Positions 56,130 through 64,000 of a stretch of 64,000 bases of DNA are shown piece after piece. The notes under the pieces were generated by a model, which was given only the letters and a program-made list of their open reading frames with translations, was not told the origin of the DNA and made no database searches. The DNA is from Candidatus Omnitrophota bacterium (GTDB lineage: Bacteria; Omnitrophota; Gorgyraeia; Tantalellales; Tantalellaceae): the NCBI GenBank assembly GCA_043822245.1, contig JBDRBY010000001.1:4337-68336 (forward strand), read 5' to 3'. Made by a program: the position numbers and the translations under genes. Positions within the stretch are counted from its first letter, which is position 1; each line of letters begins with the position of its first letter.

Positions 56130-57923
56130 TTACCCGTTATCCTCGAGTTTTATCCCTAATTCTCTTAACTGTCTGTCATCAACGCTTGACGGCGCTCCGG
56201 TAAGAGGGCAACTACCTTTTTGTGTTTTCGGAAAAGGTATCACCTCCCGGATTGATAAATCTTTCGAAAAAAACGTCAGGAGACGGTCCAAACCAAACGC
56301 TATTCCACCATGCGGAGGCGGCCCATAACAAAAAGCCTCCAATAAAAAACCAAATTTTTTTTCACATTCGTCTTTGGCAAGACCAAGCACATCGAATATC
56401 TCCTGTTGGATATCTCTCCTATGAATCCTTATGCTCCCCGAACCTATTTCACTACCGTTTAAAACCAAATCATAAGAACGTGATTTTACTTTTGATAACT
56501 CACGTTTTTTTATTAGATCTAGATCTTCATCCCAAAAAGACGTAAACGGATGATGCTCTGATACCCATCTATTCTCTTCTTTGTTATATTGAAAAAGCGG
56601 AAAATTTACTATCCACAAAAAATTAAATTTATCTTCATCAATGAGCTTTTTCTCTTTCCCTATTTTTAAACGCAGCGCCCCCAATGCTTCACACGCAAGG
56701 CGCCTGGAATCAGCGACCATAAATATCATGTCACCGGATTTCGCGCCCGTTTTTTCGCGAATCTCGCGTAATACTTCTTCGGAAAAAAACTTTGCTATGG
56801 GCGAAGTGAATTTTTCCCCTTCGACTTTAAAGTAAGCAAGCCCCTTCGCTCCATACCCCGCGACAAAAGAGGTGAGATCATCTATCTCTCGCCGGCTTAC
56901 GCTTCCATACTCAGGAGCGGCTAAAGCCATAACACAGCCTTCTTCTTCAATACACGTTTTGAATACCTTAAAGGAGCTATTTTTAACCTCCTGCGAAATA
57001 TCATTTAAACGCATATCAAACCGAGTATCCGGCTTATCTGAACCGTATTGATTCATCGCGTCTTCGTAATCCATTCTCACGAACGGAACTTTAATCTTGC
57101 TACCAAAAATTTCTTCAAAAATGCCCTGAAATAAATGTTCACATACCTTAAAAATGTCTTCTTCGTCAACAAATGACATTTCTATATCCAGTTGCGTGAA
57201 TTCCGGTTGTCTGTCAGAACGAAGATCCTCATCACGAAAACAGCGGGCGATTTGAAAATATTTTTCTACGCCTGAGACCATTAAAAGCTGTTTAAATAGC
57301 TGCGGGGATTGAGGTAACGCGTAAAAATAACCTTTCTGTGTTCTTGAAGGAACAAGATAATCCCTCGCTCCCTCCGGAGTAGATTTGGTCAACATGGGCG
57401 TTTCAATCAATAAAAAACCTTCTTTATCAAGAAAATCGATTATCTTCTTATAAACTTTGTGTTTTATCGCTATCTTTTTCTGCATCACGGGCCTTCTCAA
57501 ATCAAGATAACGATATTTGAGCCGTACATCCTCCGCCACATCAAGCGCGTCTTTAATCTCAAAAGGCGGGGTTTCAGAGGTTGATAACACTTCAACTTTT
57601 TTTACTTCTACCTCAATTTCACCCGTTGATATCTTTGAATTAACAGTGCCGCGAGGCCTGGCTGAAACTTTGCCAAAAATTTTTACGCAAAATTCACCAC
57701 GCAGACAGTGCGCCTCTTTGTGAGCCAACTCGTTCTTCTCAGGGTCAAAAACTACCTGTGTCAACCCGTGCTTATCTCTCAGATCCATGAAGATTATCTC
57801 TCCATGATCTCTCTGTGACGCGATCCATCCGCACAAAAAAACTTCTTTGCCAATATCCTTTGAAGTAAGTTCTCCACAATTATGAGTCCTTAACATAATC
57901 TCCCTCTTCTTACTGATTCCCAC
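56130..57923 (-). CDS. aspS: Aspartate--tRNA ligase
   Basis: Anticodon-binding OB fold, class II catalytic core and GAD insertion domain; 597 aa. Confidence 0.9.
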   Translation of the reverse strand: MGISKKREIMLRTHNCGELTSKDIGKEVFLCGWIASQRDHGEIIFMDLRDKHGLTQVVFDPEKNELAHKEAHCLRGEFCVKIFGKVSARPRGTVNSKISTGEIEVEVKKVEVLSTSETPPFEIKDALDVAEDVRLKYRYLDLRRPVMQKKIAIKHKVYKKIIDFLDKEGFLLIETPMLTKSTPEGARDYLVPSRTQKGYFYALPQSPQLFKQLLMVSGVEKYFQIARCFRDEDLRSDRQPEFTQLDIEMSFVDEEDIFKVCEHLFQGIFEEIFGSKIKVPFVRMDYEDAMNQYGSDKPDTRFDMRLNDISQEVKNSSFKVFKTCIEEEGCVMALAAPEYGSVSRREIDDLTSFVAGYGAKGLAYFKVEGEKFTSPIAKFFSEEVLREIREKTGAKSGDMIFMVADSRRLACEALGALRLKIGKEKKLIDEDKFNFLWIVNFPLFQYNKEENRWVSEHHPFTSFWDEDLDLIKKRELSKVKSRSYDLVLNGSEIGSGSIRIHRRDIQQEIFDVLGLAKDECEKKFGFLLEAFCYGPPPHGGIAFGLDRLLTFFSKDLSIREVIPFPKTQKGSCPLTGAPSSVDDRQLRELGIKLEDNG

Positions 57924-57942
57924 TTTGAAAAACTATCATCAA

Positions 57943-59238
57943 TTATGACGAGGTATCCTCTCGAAAACAACCGGTATTAAAATGCTTCCTTAATTTATTT
58001 TTCGCATTTTCAATCGTTAAAGATTCCTGACTGCCGGTTTTCATATCTTTAAGGATGAGTTCCCTCTTTTTCACTTCCTCATCACCTATTAAAACTACAA
58101 ACCCTTTTTTATCCCGATGGGCCATGCGCATTTGGCCTTTGAAAGAACGGCCCGTATGGTCCACTTCACAAGAAATGCCTGCTTCCCAAAATCGAGAGGC
58201 AGTTTTAAAAACTTCGGCGTAATTTTTTTCATCAATAGGGATCACAAGTATTCCCTGTGAATCCGGAAGAATTTCTTTTTCCTTCAGGATCAAAGCCAAT
58301 CTTTCTATCCCTACCGCGTACCCTGTGGCAGGAGTGTCATGCCCTCCCATTTGTTCAGCAAGATTATCATATCTGCCTCCCGCGGCCACAGCATCCTGGC
58401 CGCCCAAGTCCGGATGGACCACTTCAAATATAATCCCGGTATAGTAGTCTAGGCCACGCACCATATCCCGAGTCTCTTTAAAAGGGATGTTCAAATCTGA
58501 AAGAATGTTTTTAAAAGAAGTATATCCGTTTTCGCAGGTTCCGCACAGATACGACAAAATATTTGGTGAATTTTTAACTACCTGAGCGCATTTTTCTTTT
58601 TTGCAATCAAGCACGCGCAGCACGTTTGTTTCAACGCGCCTCTGACAGTCTTCGCATAGTGAATCTCTTTTTTTAGCCAAATATTCACCCAGCTCTTTTT
58701 TATACACAATCCTGTCTTTACCACATCCTAATGAATTAATCAGGATAGTAAAATTTGTAATTCCGAGACCTTTGAGCAGTAGATAAAGTGAAAATATAAG
58801 TTCCGCGTCAACATAAGGGCTCTTAGATCCCAAGATCTCAGCGCCTATCTGATGAAACTGGCGCAGTCGCCCTTTTTGTGGCCTCTCTCCCCTAAACATC
58901 GCTCCAAGATAAAACAGCTTAAGAATATCCGTGGAATTATATTTCCCGTTTTCTATGACAGCTCTTATGACTGATGCTGTTCCTTCCGGCCGGAGAGATA
59001 CATCCCTGTTGGACCTATCTTTAAATGAATACATCTCTTTCTCGACAATATCCGTACTTCCGCCTATGCTCCTGGTAAAAAGCGCTGTCTCCTCAAGCAG
59101 AGGCGTCCGGATCTCTCCATACCCAAACACTTTGAACACAGCGCGCGAGTGTTCCTCTATGCGGCGCATGATGTCAGATTCCGGCGGAAATATATCCGTC
59201 ATCCCCCTCAATGATCTATACTTCAGATTATTCCCCAT
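57943..59238 (-). CDS. hisS: Histidine--tRNA ligase
   Basis: Class II motifs and HisRS anticodon-binding domain; 431 aa. Confidence 0.85.
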   Translation of the reverse strand: MGNNLKYRSLRGMTDIFPPESDIMRRIEEHSRAVFKVFGYGEIRTPLLEETALFTRSIGGSTDIVEKEMYSFKDRSNRDVSLRPEGTASVIRAVIENGKYNSTDILKLFYLGAMFRGERPQKGRLRQFHQIGAEILGSKSPYVDAELIFSLYLLLKGLGITNFTILINSLGCGKDRIVYKKELGEYLAKKRDSLCEDCQRRVETNVLRVLDCKKEKCAQVVKNSPNILSYLCGTCENGYTSFKNILSDLNIPFKETRDMVRGLDYYTGIIFEVVHPDLGGQDAVAAGGRYDNLAEQMGGHDTPATGYAVGIERLALILKEKEILPDSQGILVIPIDEKNYAEVFKTASRFWEAGISCEVDHTGRSFKGQMRMAHRDKKGFVVLIGDEEVKKRELILKDMKTGSQESLTIENAKNKLRKHFNTGCFREDTSS

Positions 59239-59264
59239 GGTTTATTCCATCTTCTGTTTTCTCA

Positions 59265-59543
59265 TCAGCGCCCCTCAACATCTAACTTCATCTTCATCCC
59301 TGACCTGAAACAAACGACTTTTTTATCGGGGATAGCTACATTTTCACCCGTTCTTGGGTTTCGTCCCGCTCTGCCTTTACGCGTCTTAACTTTAAAAATT
59401 CCAAAATTTCTTAATTCAATTTTATCACCACGGCACAGACTATTTACCATCACATCGAAAGCCCTTTGTACAACATCCTTCACCATTATCTGCTTAAACC
59501 CAGTATCCTCAGCTATCTTCATTATAATATCTTTCTTGGTCAT
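59265..59543 (-). CDS. hup: HU/IHF-family nucleoid-associated DNA-binding protein
   Basis: GFGxFxxxxRxxRxGRNPxTGE arm motif; 92 aa. Confidence 0.85.
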   Translation of the reverse strand: MTKKDIIMKIAEDTGFKQIMVKDVVQRAFDVMVNSLCRGDKIELRNFGIFKVKTRKGRAGRNPRTGENVAIPDKKVVCFRSGMKMKLDVEGR

Positions 59544-59545
59544 AT

Positions 59546-59640
59546 TTTCCCCTCCTCTTTGATTAGCGTATAGCGAATAGCGTATGGCCTATAAGCCCTA
59601 AACGCTATCCGCTATTCGCTAAATAAGTCCTTATGCTATC
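59546..59640. repeat. Inverted heptamer arrays (ATAGCGN x3 ... CTANNCG x4), forming the long imperfect palindrome TTAGCGTATAGCGAATAGCG...CGCTATCCGCTATTCGCTAA between dnaE and hup
   Basis: Read directly. Confidence 0.7.
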
Positions 59641-59657
59641 ATGGGTTAGATTTTATG

Positions 59658-62600
59658 TCAATGCCGCGTTTCTTGTTTTGGCAAAAATTTAATATTACCG
59701 TGGCCCACAATAACGCTAATCTCATCAATTAGTTCGTCTTTCGGACATACGAATAAATCTTTATCCGCCTGAAGCCTGACGGTACGGCCTTGCCGCGAAG
59801 TTAAATCTATAAATAACGGCGTGCTGCCTTTAAACTTAACAAGTACGTTTTTTATACGCCTCATCATCTCGTGTTCAAGCCCGGGGCTAGCTAGTTTTAT
59901 GAGCACTGCCTTTGTAAACTGCTCTTTCACTTTCTCAAGCGGCATCACTTGTTCCGCGATTATTTTGGGGGCTTCCTCTCGAAGGTTTAATCGGCCGTAC
60001 ACATATACCAGGTTGTCTTCTTTTAAAAATTCCTGCGCGCTTCTATAAGTTTTTGGGAAAACTAAAACTTCGACAAAACTCTCAAGATCTCCAAGGCTCA
60101 GTATTGCCATTTTTTCGGCTTTTTTTCGTGTTACCGTTATCTTCACTTTAGACAATATCCCCCCTATCAACAGCTCCTTCCCGTCCACCATATCCGCTAA
60201 TTCAGAAATCTTCGCGGTTGAATAAACACTTAACAACCGCTCAAATTTGGCCAAAGGATGCTTTGTGATATAAAATCCTATCATCTCCTTTTCATTAGCA
60301 AGAAGCTCATTTTCGGGCCATTCAGGGATATTCGGTATGTTTTGAAAATTTCCTTTAAAACTTTCATCGCAGGAGGACTCATCAAAAAAAGACATCTGCC
60401 CAAGATTCTTGTCTTTATTACTTCTCGCGGCCATATCCAAAACCTTATCAAGCACACTCATTACCTGAGATCTATGTATAAGTGTTGAATCAAAAGCTCC
60501 GCATTTGACTAAGCTTTCAACAACTTTTCTGTTAACGGCTCTTGTCTCAACCTTGTAAGCGAAATCATAGATATTCTCAAACCGCCCGTACTCTTGCCTC
60601 CTGGAAATTATAGTTTCGGCCGCGCCTGTCCCGACATTTTTTACGGCTGAAAGCCCAAATCTTATGTCCTTTTCAACAACCGTAAAATCCTTAAAACTCT
60701 CGTTAATATCCGGCGGCAATATGCCAATGCCCATGCGGGAACATTCATTTATGTAATCTGACAATTTATCGCTATTGCCTTTTTCACTGGTAAGAAGCGC
60801 TGTCATAAACTCCACCGGATAATTTGCCTTAAGATAGGCGGTTCTATAGCTCACCATCGCGTATGCCGCGCTATGTGACTTATTAAAACCATAGCCGGCG
60901 AAATAGGATATAAAATCCCATATCTTTTCAGCCGTTGCCGCGTCAACACTGTTTTTTTGCGCTCCCTTTAAAAATTGTTTCTTTATTTCCGCTAAGGCTT
61001 CCTGTATTTTTTTTCCCATAACTTTACGCACATTGTCCGCTTCCGCCATGGTAAATCCGGCAAGATCGGAAACAATCTTCATAACTTGTTCCTGAAAAAC
61101 AATAATTCCATAAGTTTCTTTGAGTATAGGCTCCAGTATCGGATGATCATATTTAACTTCAATCTGCCCCTGTTTTCTTTTTATAAATTCATCAAGCATC
61201 CCGCTTCCCATCGGCCCCGGACGATAAAGCGCTAAAATTGCTATTAGATCTTCAAACTTTTCCGGCCTTAGTTTTCGCAACAGGTCCTTCATCCCACTGG
61301 ATTCAAGTTGGAATATTCCTGAAGTTTCAGCCTTGGATAAAAGCTCAAAAGTAAGCTTATTTTCCAGAGAAATGTTGTTTATATCCACTTGCTCCTTTTT
61401 TACGCGTTTAATTATTTTGATAGCCTGATCTATGACCGTCAGCGTCTTTAGCCCGAGAAAATCCATCTTTAACATACCTATCTTCTCCAATGAATTCATT
61501 GAAAAACCGGTAGTTATTTGATCATCCGCGGTCTTAAACAACGGTATGCGTTTTTGCAAAGGTTTATCTGAAATTACAACTCCGGCCGCGTGCGTTGACG
61601 CGTGACGGTTAAGCCCTTCAAGCCGTCTTGATATATCAATAAGCTGGCGAATCTCAGGGTCGGTTTCATATCTAGAGCTAAGTTCCGGCTCAATTTCAAG
61701 CGCCTGTTTAAGAGTTATACCCGGATCGTTTGGAACAAGTTTTGCTATCTTATCCACTTCAGCGTACGCTAGCCCCATAACCCTGCCCACATCTCTTAAA
61801 ACACCCTTTGCCATCATACTGCCGAAAGTAATTATTTGAGCCACATTCTGTTTGGAATATTTTTCAATGACGTAATCTATAACCTCACATCTTCTTTCAA
61901 AACAAAAGTCTATATCAATATCCGGCATGGTCACCCTTGCCGGATTAAGAAATCTTTCAAATATAAGCCCGTACTTAAGAGGATCAATATCTGTAATGCC
62001 TAAGGCATAGCTGACAATACTCCCGGCCGCGGACCCCCTTCCCGGGCCTACCGGTATACCTTTAGTTTTCGCGTGGTTTATAAAATCCCACACAATAAGA
62101 AAATAGCTTACATACCCCGACTCTTGGATAATCTTCAGTTCATGATTAACCCGCTCCGTTATTTCGTTTGAAGATGCGGGATACCGCTCTTTAATACCGC
62201 CGGCAACAAGCCGCTTGAAAAATACGTCATTATCCTCGTTTTCAGGGGCTTTAAAATGGGGCAGATGCAGCTGATCGAAATCAAGGTCTACCTTGCATCT
62301 TTCAGCGATTTTCACCGTATTGGTAACAGCTTCAGGAATCTCAGAAAACGCTTTTTTCATCTCTTCCGCGGTTTTGAAATATAACTGGTCCGTCTCAAAC
62401 CGCATCCGGTTAGGATCACTCAGAGTAGTTTGGGTCTGTATGCATAAAAGCGCGTCATGCGCTTTCGCGTCAGTTTTATCTAAATAATGAACGTCATTGG
62501 CAGCCACAAGCGGAAGGTCCATCTCACGCGCTAACTTAATTAGCTCTCGATTAAGCCGGTTTTGCTCATTAAGATGATTATCTTGAATTTCTAAATAAAA

Positions 62601-63128
62601 ATTATCCTTGCCAAAAATATCGGCATATTCACCCGCTGTTTTTTTAGCATTGCTATACTGATTGGATAAAAGAAAATGGGGCACTTCCCCTTTCAGGCAC
62701 GCGGAAGACGCGATAAGCCCCTTACTGTATTTCGCGAGTATTTCCTTATCCACTCTGGGTTTGTAATAAAACCCTTCCAAATAACCGATGGAAACTATTT
62801 CCATCAGATTTTTGTATCCTGTGATATTTTTCGATAAAAGAAGAAGATGGTAGCCGGCACCTTTAATTCCGTGGCTGGTCTTATCAAAGCGGCTTTTCGG
62901 AGCGACATAAATTTCGCATCCAAGAATAGGGTTAATACCTCTTTGTTTTGCCTGCTCATAAAAGTCAACCGCGCCGAACATATTCCCATGATCGGTTATA
63001 GCGCACGCGGGCATATTATTGGTAACCGCTAAGTCAAGCAATTCCCCTAAACGGCACGCCCCGTCGAGAAGGCTATACTGCGTATGCACATGCAGATGTA
63101 CAAAGTCGGATTGTAGTTTGTTCGTCAT
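59658..63128 (-). CDS. dnaE: DNA polymerase III alpha subunit
   Basis: PHP N-domain FVHLHVHTQYSLLDGA, polymerase core and OB fold. Start chosen at MTNKLQSD (ATG at 63128) by alignment with DnaE N-termini. Confidence 0.85.
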   Translation of the reverse strand: MTNKLQSDFVHLHVHTQYSLLDGACRLGELLDLAVTNNMPACAITDHGNMFGAVDFYEQAKQRGINPILGCEIYVAPKSRFDKTSHGIKGAGYHLLLLSKNITGYKNLMEIVSIGYLEGFYYKPRVDKEILAKYSKGLIASSACLKGEVPHFLLSNQYSNAKKTAGEYADIFGKDNFYLEIQDNHLNEQNRLNRELIKLAREMDLPLVAANDVHYLDKTDAKAHDALLCIQTQTTLSDPNRMRFETDQLYFKTAEEMKKAFSEIPEAVTNTVKIAERCKVDLDFDQLHLPHFKAPENEDNDVFFKRLVAGGIKERYPASSNEITERVNHELKIIQESGYVSYFLIVWDFINHAKTKGIPVGPGRGSAAGSIVSYALGITDIDPLKYGLIFERFLNPARVTMPDIDIDFCFERRCEVIDYVIEKYSKQNVAQIITFGSMMAKGVLRDVGRVMGLAYAEVDKIAKLVPNDPGITLKQALEIEPELSSRYETDPEIRQLIDISRRLEGLNRHASTHAAGVVISDKPLQKRIPLFKTADDQITTGFSMNSLEKIGMLKMDFLGLKTLTVIDQAIKIIKRVKKEQVDINNISLENKLTFELLSKAETSGIFQLESSGMKDLLRKLRPEKFEDLIAILALYRPGPMGSGMLDEFIKRKQGQIEVKYDHPILEPILKETYGIIVFQEQVMKIVSDLAGFTMAEADNVRKVMGKKIQEALAEIKKQFLKGAQKNSVDAATAEKIWDFISYFAGYGFNKSHSAAYAMVSYRTAYLKANYPVEFMTALLTSEKGNSDKLSDYINECSRMGIGILPPDINESFKDFTVVEKDIRFGLSAVKNVGTGAAETIISRRQEYGRFENIYDFAYKVETRAVNRKVVESLVKCGAFDSTLIHRSQVMSVLDKVLDMAARSNKDKNLGQMSFFDESSCDESFKGNFQNIPNIPEWPENELLANEKEMIGFYITKHPLAKFERLLSVYSTAKISELADMVDGKELLIGGILSKVKITVTRKKAEKMAILSLGDLESFVEVLVFPKTYRSAQEFLKEDNLVYVYGRLNLREEAPKIIAEQVMPLEKVKEQFTKAVLIKLASPGLEHEMMRRIKNVLVKFKGSTPLFIDLTSRQGRTVRLQADKDLFVCPKDELIDEISVIVGHGNIKFLPKQETRH

Positions 63129-63140
63129 AGATAATAAAAA

Positions 63141-63209
63141 GGGTGTTGGATACCTTGATTGGGCCCCTCCGCCCGGTGTGGATCCTCCCACTCAAGGTAT
63201 CCAACACCC
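63141..63209. promoter_or_regulatory. 18-bp perfect inverted repeat GGGTGTTGGATACCTTGA ... TCAAGGTATCCAACACCC (33-nt loop), followed on the minus strand by TTTTTATTATCT and then the dnaE ATG
   Basis: Read directly; a terminator/attenuator-like structure abutting the dnaE start codon, which lacks an SD. Confidence 0.6.
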
Positions 63210-63384
63210 TCTCTAATATCCAACAGTTCACAATAGGTTTTTTACTTTTTAAGCCTTGTATTACCACTTCATTCTAGTCCAGGCCACGGGGCAGGGACAC
63301 GCGTTCGCAAACTGGAGCGATTTGCCAATCGGATAAAAAAACACACTCCACCGCTAATTTGACATACTTATTTTTAATTGAGAA

Positions 63385-64000
63385 TTACTTCCTCATCCCG
63401 ACGCGCTGGGCGGTTTGATAAACTTTCCCCTCTGTCTGAATTGAAGGAGCTATAATCACATTGACCAACTGCATCTCCCTGATATTGTGAGCGCCTAAGT
63501 TACCCATGCTTGTTGCCAAAGCACCTACCAAATTCTGCGTGCCGTCATCAAGACGAGCCGGGCCGTATAATATCTCCTCCAAGGTACTTGTTGTGCCAAC
63601 TTGTATGCGGGTTCCTCTGGGTAAGGAAGGATGCGGCATTGCCATTCCCCAATGATAACCCCTGCCGGGCGCTTCTTTGGCTCTAGCGAACGCGTTGCCA
63701 AGCATTACGGCATCAGCCCCAGCCGCGAAAGCCTTGCAAACATCCCCTCCGGTAGCCATGCCACCATCAGTTATGATTGGGATATACTTCCCTGTTTTTT
63801 TGTAATAAGCGTCTCTAGCACCGGCACAGTCGCATGTCGCGGTAATCTGCGGCACACCTATCCCAAGCACGCCTCTGGACGTGCAAGCCGTACCCGGGCC
63901 TATTCCAACAAAAATCCCCTGGCATCCGGTTTCCATAAGCTGAAGCGCGACATCATAATCCACGCAATTTCCCAAAAGAACGGGAATTTTCATATCTTTG
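63385..64000 (-). CDS. IMP dehydrogenase/GMP reductase-family protein, C-terminal part (the gene starts beyond the window end)
   Basis: Catalytic loop GIGPGTACTSRGVLGIGVPQ and downstream TIM-barrel segments (ITDGGMATGGDV). The frame is open to position 64000. Confidence 0.65.
   Translation of the reverse strand, partial: KDMKIPVLLGNCVDYDVALQLMETGCQGIFVGIGPGTACTSRGVLGIGVPQITATCDCAGARDAYYKKTGKYIPIITDGGMATGGDVCKAFAAGADAVMLGNAFARAKEAPGRGYHWGMAMPHPSLPRGTRIQVGTTSTLEEILYGPARLDDGTQNLVGALATSMGNLGAHNIREMQLVNVIIAPSIQTEGKVYQTAQRVGMRK

Noticed and set aside
63019-63267. Small ORFs (65 and 64 aa) spanning the dnaE start region and hairpin
   Set aside because: They overlap the 18-bp inverted repeat and the dnaE 5' end and have a biased composition, so I take them as hairpin-derived artefacts.

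Overview
This 64 kb window is a low-GC bacterial chromosomal segment, Gram-negative (diderm) by gene content (lpxA, an outer-membrane beta-barrel protein, a type IV pilus secretin). About 95% of genes lie on the minus strand. Some coordinates come from my own hand-indexing of the sequence and should be re-checked computationally.

The gene content is mostly housekeeping:
- Pilus: a partial type IVa pilus cluster (pilC, a FimV-like coiled-coil/TPR protein, pilQ with a C-terminal TPR domain, a pilO-pilP fusion and a pilM-pilN fusion) lies behind a ParA-family ATPase and a small MerR-type HTH gene.
- Sulfur amino acids: a metY-cysK-metX-metW direct-sulfhydrylation operon.
- Replication and translation: greA, ppdK, glyQS, recO, pgpH-ybeY-dgkA, aspS, hisS, hup, dnaE and one tRNA-Arg(CCU).
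- Sugar use: a mannan-related island (GH130 phosphorylase, a GH113-like hydrolase, CBM-like proteins).
- Signalling: a multi-component phosphorelay operon ending in a U32 peptidase and a transglutaminase-like protein.

I found no canonical defence island, CRISPR array, transposase or prophage. The unusual content is mainly the following:
1. A ParA/MinD ATPase fused to an AMPK-beta-type glycogen-binding (CBM48) domain.
2. A second ParA plus MerR-HTH plus iteron-like repeats heading the pilMNOPQ operon.
3. An unannotated 34-aa transmembrane peptide translationally coupled to an NSS transporter.
4. Three families of intergenic repeats:
   - an oriented AAATCCCCCT-CCCCCTTTTTCAAAGGGGGG hairpin family at 6 loci;
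   - an AGAGACG...CGTCTCT palindrome family at 5 loci;
   - heptanucleotide tandem arrays at at least 6 intergenic loci, including inverted heptamer arrays flanking the tRNA.
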